DNA of 64,000 bases. It comes from Camelus dromedarius. Its lineage: Eukaryota. The position numbers and the translations under genes were made by a program. Under the pieces are notes generated by a model. It was given only the letters and a program-made list of their open reading frames with translations. It had not been told where the DNA came from and searched no databases. The stretch is from NCBI RefSeq assembly GCF_036321535.1, contig NC_087436.1, forward strand, positions 2,728,001 to 2,792,000, read 5' to 3'. Below, in pieces: positions 13,701-26,103 of this stretch (its first letter is position 1; each line of letters opens with the position of its first letter).

Positions 13701-15592
13701 GAGACGTTCGTTCATCTAGCACAAAGTTAACGGGTTGCAGGAGCAACTTTTACTCATTTTTCTCAGTCTGTTTCCTAGTGCCGGTTTGAAGTTCCTGAAG
13801 TTTTCACTGTAAAACCGAGTTGGAGCTAGTACCTCCCCATAAATATGTATGGAGTGGAGATTGCAAGTGAAAAGAAACTTTGTGTTCCCAACAAGCTAGG
13901 TGAAGGAAGGCTTTCAAACACACTTATCTCTGAGAACAGAGCATGTGGAGAGACGTTCGTTCATCTAGCACAAAGGGAATGGGTTGAAGGAGAAACTTTT
14001 TCTCTGGTTTCTCAGTCTGTTTAATGTTTCCGGTTTAAAGTTCCTGCAGTTTTCACTGTAAAACCGAGTTGGTCCTAGTACCTCCCCATATATATGTATG
14101 GAGTGGAGTATGCAACTGAAAGGAACTTTGTGTTCCCAAGAAGCTAGGTGAAGGACGGCTTTCACACACACTTATCTCTCAGAACTGAGCATGTGGAGAG
14201 ACTTTCGTTCATCTAGCACAAAGGGAACGTGTGCAGGAGAAAATTTTACTCTGTTTTCTCAGTCTCTTTCCTAGTGCCGGTTTGAAGTTCCTGCAGTTTT
14301 CACTGTAAAACCGAGTTGGAGCAAGAAAATCCCCATATATATGTATGGAGTGGAGTTTGCAACTGAAAAGAATCTTTGTGTTCCCAACATGCTACGTGAA
14401 GGACGGCTTTCACACACACTTATCTCGCAGAACTGAGCATGTTGAGAGACGTTCGTTCATCTAGAACAAAGGGAACGGGTTGCATTAGAATCTTTTACTC
14501 TGGTTTCTCAGTCTGTTTCCTAGTGCCGGTTTGAAGTTCCTGCAGTTTTCACTGTAAAACCGAGTTGGAGCTAGTACCTCCCCATATATATGTATGGAGT
14601 GGAATTTTCAACTGAAAAGAAACTTTGTGTTCCCAACACCTAGGTGTAGGAAAGCTTACACACACACTTATCTCTCAGAACTGAGCATGTGGACAGACGT
14701 TCGTTCATCTAGCACAAAGGGAACGGGTTGCAGGGAAACTTTTTCTCTGGATTCACAGTCTGTTTCCTAGTGCCGGTTTGAAGTTCCTGCAATTTTCACT
14801 GTAAAACCGAGTTGGAGCTAGTACCTACCCATATATATGTATGGAGTGGAGTTTGCAACTGAAAAGAATCTTTGTGTTCCCAACAAGCTAGGTGAAGGAC
14901 GGCTTTCACACACACTTATCTCTCAGAACTGAGCATGTGGAGAGAAGTTCGTTCATCTAGCAAAAAGGGAACGGGTAGCAGGAGAAACTTTTACTCTGGT
15001 TTCTCAGTCTGTTTCCTAGTGCCGGTTTGAAGTTCCTGCAATTTTCACTGTAAAACCGAGTTGGAGTAAGAAAATCCCCATATATATATATGGAGTGGAG
15101 TTTTGAACTGAAAAGAAACTTTGTGTTCCCAACAAGCTAGATGAAGGACGGCTTTCACACACACTTATCTCTCAGAACTGAGCATGTTGAGAGACGTTCG
15201 TTCACCTAGAACAAACGGAACGGGTTGCATTAGAAACTTTTACTCTGGTTTCTCTGTCTCTTTCCTAGTGCCGGTTTGAATTTCCTGCAGTTTTCACTGT
15301 AAAACCGAGTTGGAGCTAGTACCTCCCCATATATATGTATGGAGTGGAATTTTCAACTGAAAAGAAACTTTGTGTTCCCAACAACTAGGTGTAGGAAGGC
15401 TTTCACACACACTTATCTCTCAGAACTGAGCATGTGGAGAGACGTTCGTTCATCTAGCACAAAGGGAACGGGTTGCAAGAGAAACTTTTTCTCTGGTTTC
15501 TCAGTCTGTTTCCTAGTGCCGGTTTGAAGTTCCTGCAATTTTCACTGTAAAACCGAGTTGGAGCTAGTACCTACCCATATATATGTATGGAG

Positions 15593-17213
15593 TGGAGTTT
15601 GCAACTGAAAAGAATCTTTGTGTTCCCAACAAGCTAGGTGAAGGACGGCTTTCACACACATTTTTCTCTCAGAACTGAGCATGTGGAGAGACGTTCGTTC
15701 ATCTAGCACAAAGGGAACGGGTTGCAGGAGAAACTTTTACTCTGGATTCTCAGTCTGTTTCCTAGTGCCGGTTTGAAGTATCTGCAGTTTTCACTGTAAA
15801 ACCGAGTTGGAGCTCGTACCTACCCATATATATGTATGGAGTGGTGTTTGCAACTGAAAAGAAACTTTGTGTTCCCAACAAGCTAGGTGAAGGACGGCTT
15901 TCACACACACTTATCTCTCAGAACTGAGCATGTGGTGAGACGTTCGTTCATCTAGCACAAAGGGAACGGGTTGCAGGAGAAACTTTTACTGATTTTTCTC
16001 AGTCTGTTTCCTAGTGCCGGTTTCAAGTTCCTGCAGTTTTCACTGTAAAACCGAGTTGGAGCTAGTACCTCCCCATATATATGTATGGAGTTTGGTTTGC
16101 AACTGAAAAGAAACTTTGTGTTCCCAACAAGCTATTTAAAGTATGGTTTTAAAACACACTTATCCCTCAGAACTGAGCTTGTGGAGAGACGTTCGTTCAT
16201 CTAGCACAAAGGGAAAGGGTTGCAGGAGAAACTTTTTCTCTGGTTTCTCAGTCTGTTTCCTAGTGCCGGTTTGAAGATCCTGCAGTTTTCACTGTAAAAT
16301 CGAGTTGGGGCTAGTACCTCCCAATATATATGTATGGAGTTGAGTTTGCAACTGAAAAGAAACTTTGTATTCCCAACAAGCTAGGTGAAGGACGGATTTC
16401 ACACACACTTATCTCTCAGAACTGAGCATGTTGAGAGACGTTCGTTCCTCTAGAACAAAGGGAACGAGTTGCATTAGAAACTTTTACTCTGGTTTCTCAG
16501 TCTGTTTAGTAGTGCCGGTTTTAAGTTCCTGCAGTTTTCACTGTAAAACTGAGTTGGAGCTAGTACCTCCCCATATATATGTATGGAGTGGAGTTTGCAA
16601 CTGAAAAGAAACTTTGTGTTCCCAAGAAGATAGGTGAAGTACGGCTTTCACACACACTTATCTCTGAGAACTGAGCATGTGGAGAGACGTTCGTTCATCT
16701 AGCACAAAGTTAACGGGTTGCAGGAGCAACTTTTACTCATTTTTCTCAGTCTGTTTCCTAGTGCCGGTTTGAAGTTCCTGAAGTTTTCACTGTAAAACCG
16801 AGTTGGAGCTAGTACCTCCCCATAAATATGTATGGAGTGGAGTTTGCAAGTGAAAAGAAACTTTGTGTTCCCAACAAGCTAGGTGAAGGAAGGCTTTCAC
16901 ACACACTTATCTCTCAGAACAGAGCATGTGGAGAGACGTTCGTTCATCTAGAACAAAGGGAATGGGTTGAAGGAGAAACTTTTTCTCTGGTTTCTCAGTC
17001 TGTTTAATGTTTCCGGTTTAAAGTTCCTGCAGTTTTCACTGTAAAACCGAGTTGGTGCTAGTACCTCCCCATATATATGTATGGAGTGGAGTATGCAACT
17101 GAAAGGAACTTTGTGTTCCCAAGAAGCTAGGTGAAGGACGGCTTTCACACACACTTATCTCTCAGAACTGAGCATGCGGAGAGACTTTCGTTCATCTAGC
17201 ACAATGGGAACAT
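15593..17213. repeat. Copy of ~12610-14230 (offset 2983 bp = 12 monomers)
   Basis: cacacatttttctctc at 12678/15661; ORFs 13965/16948; shared gaagtatctg, gctcgtacc, gctatttaaagtatggttttaaaac, cctgaagtttt, aacagagc. End points are approximate. Confidence 0.85.
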
Positions 17214-17910
17214 GTTGCAGGAGAAACTTTTTCTCTCGTTTCTCAGTCTGTTTCCTAGTGCCGGTTTGAAGTTCCTGCAGTTTTCACTGTAAAACCGAGT
17301 TGCAGATATTACCTCCCCATATATATGTATGGAGTGGAGTTTGCAACTGAAAAGAATCTTTGTGTTCCCAACAAGCTAGGTAAAGGACGGCTTTCAATCA
17401 CACTTATCCCTCAGAACTGAGCATGTGGAGAGACGTTCGTTCATCTAGCACAAAGGGAACGGTTTGCAGGATAAACTTTTACACTTGTTTCTCAGTCTGT
17501 TTCCTAGTGCCCCTTTGAATTTCCTGCAGTTTTCACTGTAAAACAGAGTTGGGGCTGGTACCTACCCATATATATGTATGGAGTGGAGTTTGCAACTGAA
17601 AAGAATCTTTGTGTTCCCAACAATCTAGGTGAAAGACGGCTTTCACACACACTTACCTCTCAGAACTGAGCATGTGGAGAGACGTTCGTTCATCTAGCAC
17701 AAAGGGAACGGTTTGCAGGAGAAACTTTTTCTCTGGTTTCTCGGTCTGTTTCCTAGTGCCGGTTTGAATTTCCTGCAATTTTCACTGTAAAACCGATTTG
17801 GAGCTTGTACCTACCCATATATATGTATGGAGTGGAGTTTGCAACTGAAAAGAATCTTTGTGTTCCCAACAATCTAGGTGAAAGACGGCTTTCACACACA
17901 CTTATCTCTC

Positions 17911-20900
17911 AGAACTGAGCATGTGGAGAGAAGTTCGTTCATCTAGCACAAATGGAACGGGTTGCAGGAGAAAATTTTACCCTGGTTTCTCAGTCTGTTT
18001 CCTAGTGCCGGTTTGAATTTCCTGCAGTTTTCACTGTAAAACCGGGTTGGAGGAAGAAAATCCCCATATATATGTATGGAGTGTAGTTTTGAACTGAAAA
18101 GAAACTTTGTGTTCCCAACAAGCTAGGTGAAGGACGGCTTGCACACACACTTATCTCTCAGAACTGAGCATGTTGAGAGACGTTCGTTCATCTGGAACAA
18201 AGGGAACGGGTTGCATTAGAAACTTTTACTCTGGTTTCTCAGTCTTTTTCCTAGTGCCGGTTTGAAGTTCCTGCAGTTTTCACTGTAAAACCGACTTGGA
18301 GCTAGTACCTCCCCATATATATGTATGGAGTGGAATTTTCAACTGAAAAGAATCTTTGTGTTCCCAACAAGCTAGGTTAAGGACGGCTTTCACACACACT
18401 TATCTCTCAGAACTGAGCATGTGGAGAGAAGTTCGTTCATCTAGCACAAAGGGAACGGGTTGCAGGAGAAACTTTTACTCTGGTTTCTCAGTCTGTTTCC
18501 TAGTGCCGGTTTGAAGTTCCCGCAGTTTTCACTGTAAAACCGAGATGGAGCAAGAAAATCCCCATATATATGTATGGAGTGGAGTTTTGAACTGAAAAGA
18601 AACTTGGTGTTCCCAACAAGCTAGGTGAAGGACGGCTTTCACACACACTTATCTCTCAGAAATGAGCATGTGGAGAGACGTTCGTTCATCTAGCACAAAG
18701 GGAACGGGTTGCAGGATAAACTTTTACTCTGGTTTCTCAGTCTGTTTCCTGTTGCCGGTTTGAAGTTCCTGCAGTTTTCACTGTAAAACAGAGTTGGAGC
18801 TAGGAGCTCCCCATATATATGTTTGGAGTGGAGTTTGCAACTGAAAAGTAACTTTGTGTTCCCAACAAGCTACGTGAAGGACGGCTTTCACACACACTTA
18901 TATCTCAGAACTGAGCATGTGGAGAGAAGTTCGTTCATCTAGCACAAAGGGAACGGGTTGCAGGAGAAACTTTTACTCTGGTTTCTCAGTCTGTTTCCTA
19001 GTGCCTGTATGAAGTTCCTGCATTTTTCACTGTAAAAACAAGTTGGAGCTAGTACCTCCCCATATATATGTATGGAATGGAGTTTGCAACTGAAAAGAAT
19101 CTTTGTGTTCCCAACAAGCTAGGTGAAGGACGGCTTTCACACACATTTTTCTCTCAGAACTGAGCATGTGGAGAGACGTTCGTTCATCTAGCACAAAGGG
19201 AACGGGTTGCAGGAGAAACTTTTACTCTGGATTCTCAGTCTGTTTCCTAGTGCCGGTTTGAAGTATCTGCAGTTTTCACTGTAAAACCGAGTTGGAGCTC
19301 GTACCTACCCATATATATGTATGGAGTGGTGTTTGCAACTGAAAAGAAACTTTGTGTTCCCAACAAGCTAGGTGAAGGACGGCTTTCACACACACTTATC
19401 TCTCAGAACTGAGCATGTGGTGAGACGTTCGTTCATCTAGCACAAAGGGAACGGGTTGCAGGAGAAACTTTTACTGATTTTTCTCAGTCTGTTTCCTAGT
19501 GCCGGTTTCAAGTTCCTGCAGTTTTCACTGTAAAACCGAGTTGGAGCTAGTACCTCCCCATATATATGTATGGAGTTTGGTTTGCAACTGAAAAGAATCT
19601 TTGTGTTCCCAACAAGCTATTTAAAGTATGGTTTTAAAACAAACTTATCCCTCAGAACTGAGCTTGTGGAGAGACGTACGTTCATCTAGCACAAACGGAA
19701 AGGGTTGCAGGAGAAACTTTTTCTCTGGTTTCTCAGTCTGTTTCCTAGTGCCGGTTTGAAGATCCTGCAGTTTTCACTGTAAAATCGAGTTGGGGCTAGT
19801 ACCTCCCCATATATATGTATGGAGTTGACTTTGCCACTGAAAAGAAACTTTGTATTCCCAACAAGCTAGGTGAAGGACGGATTTCACACACACTTATCTC
19901 TCAGAACTGAGCATGTTGAGAGACGTTCGTTCATCTAGAACAAAGGGAACGAGTTGCATTAGAAACTTTTACTGTGGTTTCTCAGTCTGTTTAATGTTTC
20001 TGGTTTAAAGTTCCTGCAGTTTTCACTGTAAAACCGAGTTGGTGCTAGTACCTCCCCATATATATGTATGGAGTGGAGTATGCAACTGAAAGGAACTTTG
20101 TGTTCCCAAGAAGCTAGGTGAAGGACGGCTTTCACACAAACTTATCTCTCAGAACTGAGCATGTGGAGAGACTTTCGTTCATCTAGCACAAAGGGAACGT
20201 GTTGCAGGAGAAAATTTTACTCTGTTTTCTCAGTCTCTTTCCTAGTGCCGGTTTGAAGTTCCTGCAGTTTTCACTGTAAAACCGAGTTGGAGCAAGAAAA
20301 TCCCCATATATATGTATGGAGTGGAGTTTGCAACTGAAAAGAATCTTTGTGTTCCCAACATGCTACGTGAAGGACGGCTTTCACACACACTTATCTCGCA
20401 GAACTGAGCATGTTGAGAGACGTTCGTTCATCTAGAACAAAGGGAACGGGTTGCATTAGAATCTTTTACTCTGGTTTCTCAGTCTGTTTCCTAGTGCCGG
20501 TTTGAAGTTCCTGCAGTTTTCACTGTAAAACCGAGTTGGAGCTAGTACCTCCCCATATATATGTATGGAGTGGAATTTTCAACTGAAAAGAAACTTTGTG
20601 TTCCCAACACCTAGGTGTAGGAAAGCTTACACACACACTAATCTCTCAGAACTGAGCATGTGGACAGACGTTCGTTCATCTAGCACAAAGGGAACGGGTT
20701 GCAGGGAAACTTTTTCTCTGGTTTCTCAGTCTGTTTCCTAGTGCCGGTTTGAAGTTCCTGCAATTTTCACTGTAAAACCGAGTTGGAGCTAGTACCTACC
20801 CATATATATGTATGGAGTGGAGTTTGCAACTGAAAAGAATCTTTGTGTTCCCAACAAGCTAGGTGAAGGACGGCTTTCACACACACTTATCTCTCAGAAC

Positions 20901-21650
20901 TGAGCATGTGGAGAGAAGTTCATTCATCTAGCAAAAAGGGAACGGGTTGCAGGAGAAACTTTTACTCTGGTTTCTCAGTCTGTTTCCTAGTGCCGGTTTG
21001 AAATTCCTGCAGTTTTCACTGTAAAACCGAGTTGGAGTAAGAAAATCCCCATATATATATATGGAGTGGAGTTTTGAACTGAAAAGAAACTTTGTGTTCC
21101 CAACAAGCTAGATGAAGGACGGCTTTCACACACACTTATCTCTCAGAACTGAGCATGTTGAGAGACGTTCGTTCACCTAGAACAAAGGGAACGGGTTGCA
21201 TTAGAAACTTTTACTCTGGTTTCTCTGTCTCTTTCCTAGTGCCGGTTTGAATTTCCAGCAGTTTTCACTGTAAAACCGAGTTGGAGCTAGTACCTCCCCA
21301 TATATATGTATGGAGTGGAATTTTCAACTGAAAAGAAACTTTGTGTTCCCAACAACTAGGTGTAGGAAGGCTTTCACACACACTTATCTCTCAGAACTGA
21401 GCATGTGGAGAGACGTTCGTTCATCTAGCACAAAGGGAACGGGTTGCAAGAGAAACTTATTCTCTGGTTTCTCAGTCTGTTTCCTAGTGCCGGTTTGAAG
21501 TTCCTGCAATTTTCACTGTAAAAACGAGTTGGAGCTAGTACCTACCCATATATATGTATGGAGTGGAGTTTGCAACTGAAAAGAATCTTTGTGTTCCCAA
21601 CAAGCTAGGTGAAGGACGGCTTTCACACACATTTTTCTCTCAGAACTGAG
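17911..21650. repeat. Copy of ~11200-15680 with internal whole-monomer deletions (offsets 6716, 6468, ~5971 bp = 27, 26, 24 monomers)
   Basis: ccgggttggaggaag at 11326/18042; cccgcag at 12054/18522; cacacattttt at 12678/19146; ctcagtctgtttaatg at 14011/19981; ORFs 15339/21310. Confidence 0.82.
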
Positions 21651-24114
21651 CATGTTGATAGACGTTCGTTCACTTAGAACAAAAGGAACGGGTGGCATTA
21701 GAAACTTTTACTCTGTTTTCTCAGTCTGTTTCCTAGTGCCGGATTGAAGTTCCTGCAGTTTTCACTGTAAAACCGAGTTGGAGCTAGTACCTCCCCATAT
21801 ATATGTATGGAGTGGAGTATGCAACTGAAAGGAACTTTGTGTTCCCAAGAAGCTAGGTGAAGGACGGCTTTCACACACACTTATCTCTCAGAACTGAGCA
21901 TGTGGAGAGACTTTCGTTCATCTAGCACAAAGGGAACGTGTTGCAGGAGAAAATTTTACTCTGTTTTCTCAGTCTCTTTCCTAGTGCCGGTTTGAAGTTC
22001 CTGCAGTTTTCACTGTAAAACCGAGTTGGAGCAAGAAAATCCCCATATATATGTATGGAGTGGAGTTTGCAACTGAAAAGAATCTTTGTGTTCCCAACAT
22101 GCTACGTGAAGGACGGCTTTCACACACACTTATCTCTCAGAACTGAGCATGTGGACAGACGTTCGTTCATCTAGCACAAAGGGAACGGGTTGCAGGGAAA
22201 CTTTTTCTCTGGTTTCTCAGTCTGTTTCCTAGTGCCGGTTTGAAGTTCCTGCAATTTTCACTGTAAAACCGAGTTGGAGCTAGTACCTACCCATATATAA
22301 GTATGGAGTGGAGTTTGCAACTGAAAAGAATCTTTGTGTTCCCAACAAGCTAGGTGAAGGACGGCTTTCACACACACTTATCTCTCAGAACTGAGCATGT
22401 GGAGAGACTTTCGTTCATCAAGCACAAAGGGAACGTGTTGCAGGAGAAACTTTTACTCTGGTTTCTCATTCTGTTTCCTAGTGCCGGTTTGAAGTTCCTG
22501 CAGTTTTCACTGTAAAACCGAGTTGGAGTAAGAAAATCCCCATATATATATATGGAGTGGAGTTTTGAACTGAAAAGAAACTTTGTGTTCCCAACAAGCT
22601 AGATGAAGGACGGCTTTCACACACACTTATCTCTCAGAACTGAGCATGTTGAGAGACGTTCGTTCACCTAGAACAAAGGGAACGGGTTGCATTAGAAACT
22701 TTTACTCTGGTTTCTCTGTCTCTTTCCTAGTGCCGGTTTGAATTTCCTGCAGTTTTCACTGTAAAACCGAGTTGGAGCTAGTACCTCCCCATATATATGT
22801 ATGGAGTGGAATTTTCAACTGAAAAGAATCTTTGTGTTCCCAACAACTAGGTGTAGGAAGGCTTTCACACACACTTATCTCTCAGAACTGAGCATGTGGA
22901 GAGACGTTCGTTCATCTAGCACAAAGGGAACGGGTTGCAAGGGAAACTTTTTCTCTGGTTTCTCAGTCTGTTTCCTAGTGCCGGTTTCATGTTCCTGCAG
23001 TTTTCACTGTAAAACCGAGTTGGAGCTATTACCTCCCCATATATGTATGGAGTGGGGTTTGCAACTGAAAAGAAACTTTGTGTTCCCAACAAGCTATTTA
23101 AAGTACGGCTTTCAAACACACTTATCTCTCAGAACTGAGCTTGTGGAGAGACTTTCGTTCATCTAGCACAAAGGGAAAGGTTTGCAGGAGAAACTTTTTC
23201 TCTGGTTTCTCAGTCTGTTTCCTTGTGCCGGTTTGAAGATCCTGCAGTTTTCACTGTAAAATCGAGTTGGGGCTAGTACCTCCCATATATATGTATGGAG
23301 TGGAGTTTGCAACTGAAAAGAAACTTTGTGTTCCCAACAAGCTAGGTGAAGGACGGCTTTCACACACACATATCTCTCAGAACTGAGCATGTAGAGAGAC
23401 GTTCGTTCATCTAGCACAAAGTTAACAGGTTGCAGGAGCCACTTTTACTCATTTTTCTCAGTCTGTTTCCTAGTGCCGGTTTGAAGTTCCTGCAGTTTTC
23501 ACTGTAAAACCGAGTTGGGGCTAGTACCTCTCCATACTTATGTATGGATTGGAGTTTGCAACTGAAAAGATACTTTGTGTTCTAAACAAGCTAGGTGAAG
23601 GACGTCTTTCACACACAATTATCTCTCAGAACTGAGCATGTTGAGAGACATTCGTTCATCTAGAACAAAGGGAACGGGTTGCATTAGAAACTTTTAGTCT
23701 GGTTTCTCAGTCTGTTTCCTAGTGCCGGTTTGAAGTTCCAGCAGTATTCACTGTAAAACCGAGTTGGAGCTAGTACCTACCCATATATATGTATGGAGTG
23801 GAATTTGCAACTGAAAAGAAACTTTGTGTTCCCAACACATAGGTGAAGGAAGGATTTCACACACACTTATCTCTCAGAACTGAGCATGTGGAGAGAAGTT
23901 CGTTCATCTAGCACAAATGGAACGGGTTGCAGGAGAAAGTTTTACTCTGGTTTCTCAGTCTGTTTTTTAGTGCCGGTTGGAAGATCCTGCAGTTTTCACT
24001 GTAAAACCGAGTTGGAGCTAGAAACTCCCCATATATATGTATGGAGTGGTGTTTGGAACTGAAAAGAATCTTTGTGTTTCCAACAAGCTAGGTGAAGGAC
24101 GGCTTTCACACACA

Positions 24115-26103
24115 CTTATCTCTCATAACTGAGCATGTGGAGAGACGTTCGTTCATCTAGCACAAATGGAACGGGTTGCAGGAGAAACATTTTCTCTGGT
24201 TTCTCAGTCTGTTTCCTAGTGCCGATTTGGAGTTCCTGCAGTTTTCACTGTAAAACCGAGTTGGATCTAGTACATCCCCATATATATGTATGGATAGGAG
24301 TTTGCAACTGGTAAGAAACTATGTGTTCCCAACAAGTTAGGTGAAGGACGGCTTTCACACACACTTATCTCTCAGAACTGAGCATGTGGAGAGACGTTCG
24401 TTCATCTAGCACAAAGGGAACGGTTTGCAGGGGAAACATTTACTCAGGTTTCTCAGTCTGTTTCCTAGTGCCGGTTTGAAGTTCCTGCAGTATTCACTGT
24501 AAAATCGAGTTGGAGCTAGTACATCCCCATATATATGTATGGAGTGGAGTTTGCAAGTGAATTGAAACTTTGAGTTCCCAACAAGCTAGGTGAAGTATGG
24601 CTTTCACACACACTTATCTCTCAGAACTGAGCATGTGGAGAGACGTTCGTTCAACTAGCACAAAGGGAACAGGTTGAAGGGAAATTTTTCTCTGGTTTCT
24701 CAATCTGTTTCCTGTTGCCGGTTAAAAGTTCCTGCAGTTTTCACTGTAAAACCGAGTTGGAGCTAGTACCTCCCCATATAAATGTATGGAGTGGAGTTTG
24801 CAACTGAAAAGAAACTTTGTGTTCCCAACAAGCTATTTAAAGTAAGGCTTTCAAACACACTTATCTCTCAGAACTGAGCTTGTGGAGAGACGTTCGTTCA
24901 TCTAGCACAAAGGGATAGGGTTGCAGGAGAAACTTTTTCTCTGGTTTCTCAGTCTGTTTCCTAGTTCCGGTTTGAAGATCCTGCAGTTTTCACTGTAAAA
25001 TCGAGTTGGGGCTAGTACCACCCCATATATATGTATGGAGTTGAATTTGCAACTGAAAAGGAACTTTGTGTTCCCAACAAGCTAGGTGAAGGACGGCTTT
25101 CTCACACATTTATCTCTCAGAACTGAGCATGTAGAGAGACGTTCGTTCATCTAGCAGAAAGTTAACAGGTTGCAGGAGCCACTTTTACTCATTTTTCTCA
25201 GTCTGTTTCCTAGTGCCGGTTTGAAGTTCCTGCAGTTTTCACTGTAAAACCGATTTGGGGCTAGTACCTCCCCATACTTATGTATGGATTGGAGTTTGCA
25301 ACTGAAAAGATACTTTGTGTTCTAAACAAGCTAGGTGAAGGACGTCTTTCACACACAAATATCTCTCAGAACTGAGCATGTTGAGAGACATTCGTTCATC
25401 TAGAACAAAGGGAACGGGTTGCATTAGAAACTTTTACTCTGGTTTCTCAGTCTGTTTCCTAGTGCCGGTTTGAAGTTCCAGCAGTATTCACTGTAAAACC
25501 GAGTTGGAGCTAGTACCTACCCATATATATGTATGGAGTGGAATTTGCAACTGAAAAGAAACTTTGTGTTCCCAACACATAGGTGAAGGAAGGCTTTCAC
25601 ACACACTTATCTCTCAGAACTGAGCATGTGGAGAGACGTTCGTTCATCTAGCACAAAGGGAACGGGTTGCAGGGGAAATTTTTTCTCTGGTTTCTCAGTC
25701 TTTTTCCTAGTGCCGGTTTGAAGTTCCTGCAATTTTCACTGTAAAACCGAGTTGGAGCTAGTACCTACCCATATATATGTATGGAGTGGAGTTTGCAACT
25801 GAAAAGAATCTTTGTGTTCCGAACAAGCTAGGTGAAGGAAGGCTTTCACACACACTTATCTCTCAGAACTGAGCATGTGGAGAGAAGTTCGTTCATCTAG
25901 CACAAATGGAACGGGTTGCAGGAGAAACTTTTACTCTGGTTTCTCAGTCTGTTTTCTAGTGCCGGTTGGAAGATCCTGCAGTTTTCACTGTAAAACCGAG
26001 TTGGAGCTAGAAACTCCCCATATATATGTATGGAGTGGTGTTTGGAACTGAAAAGAATCTTTGTGTTCCCAACAAGCTAGGTGAAGGACGGCTTTCACAC
26101 ACA
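24115..26103. repeat. 8-monomer higher-order unit, type 1 (A-B-C-D-F-G-H-I), 1989 bp
   Basis: Marker monomer A (tctcataac...gccgatttggag...ttggatctag...ggatagg) starts at 24115 and 26104. The same unit occurs at ~38784-40772 in copy 2. Confidence 0.85.
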
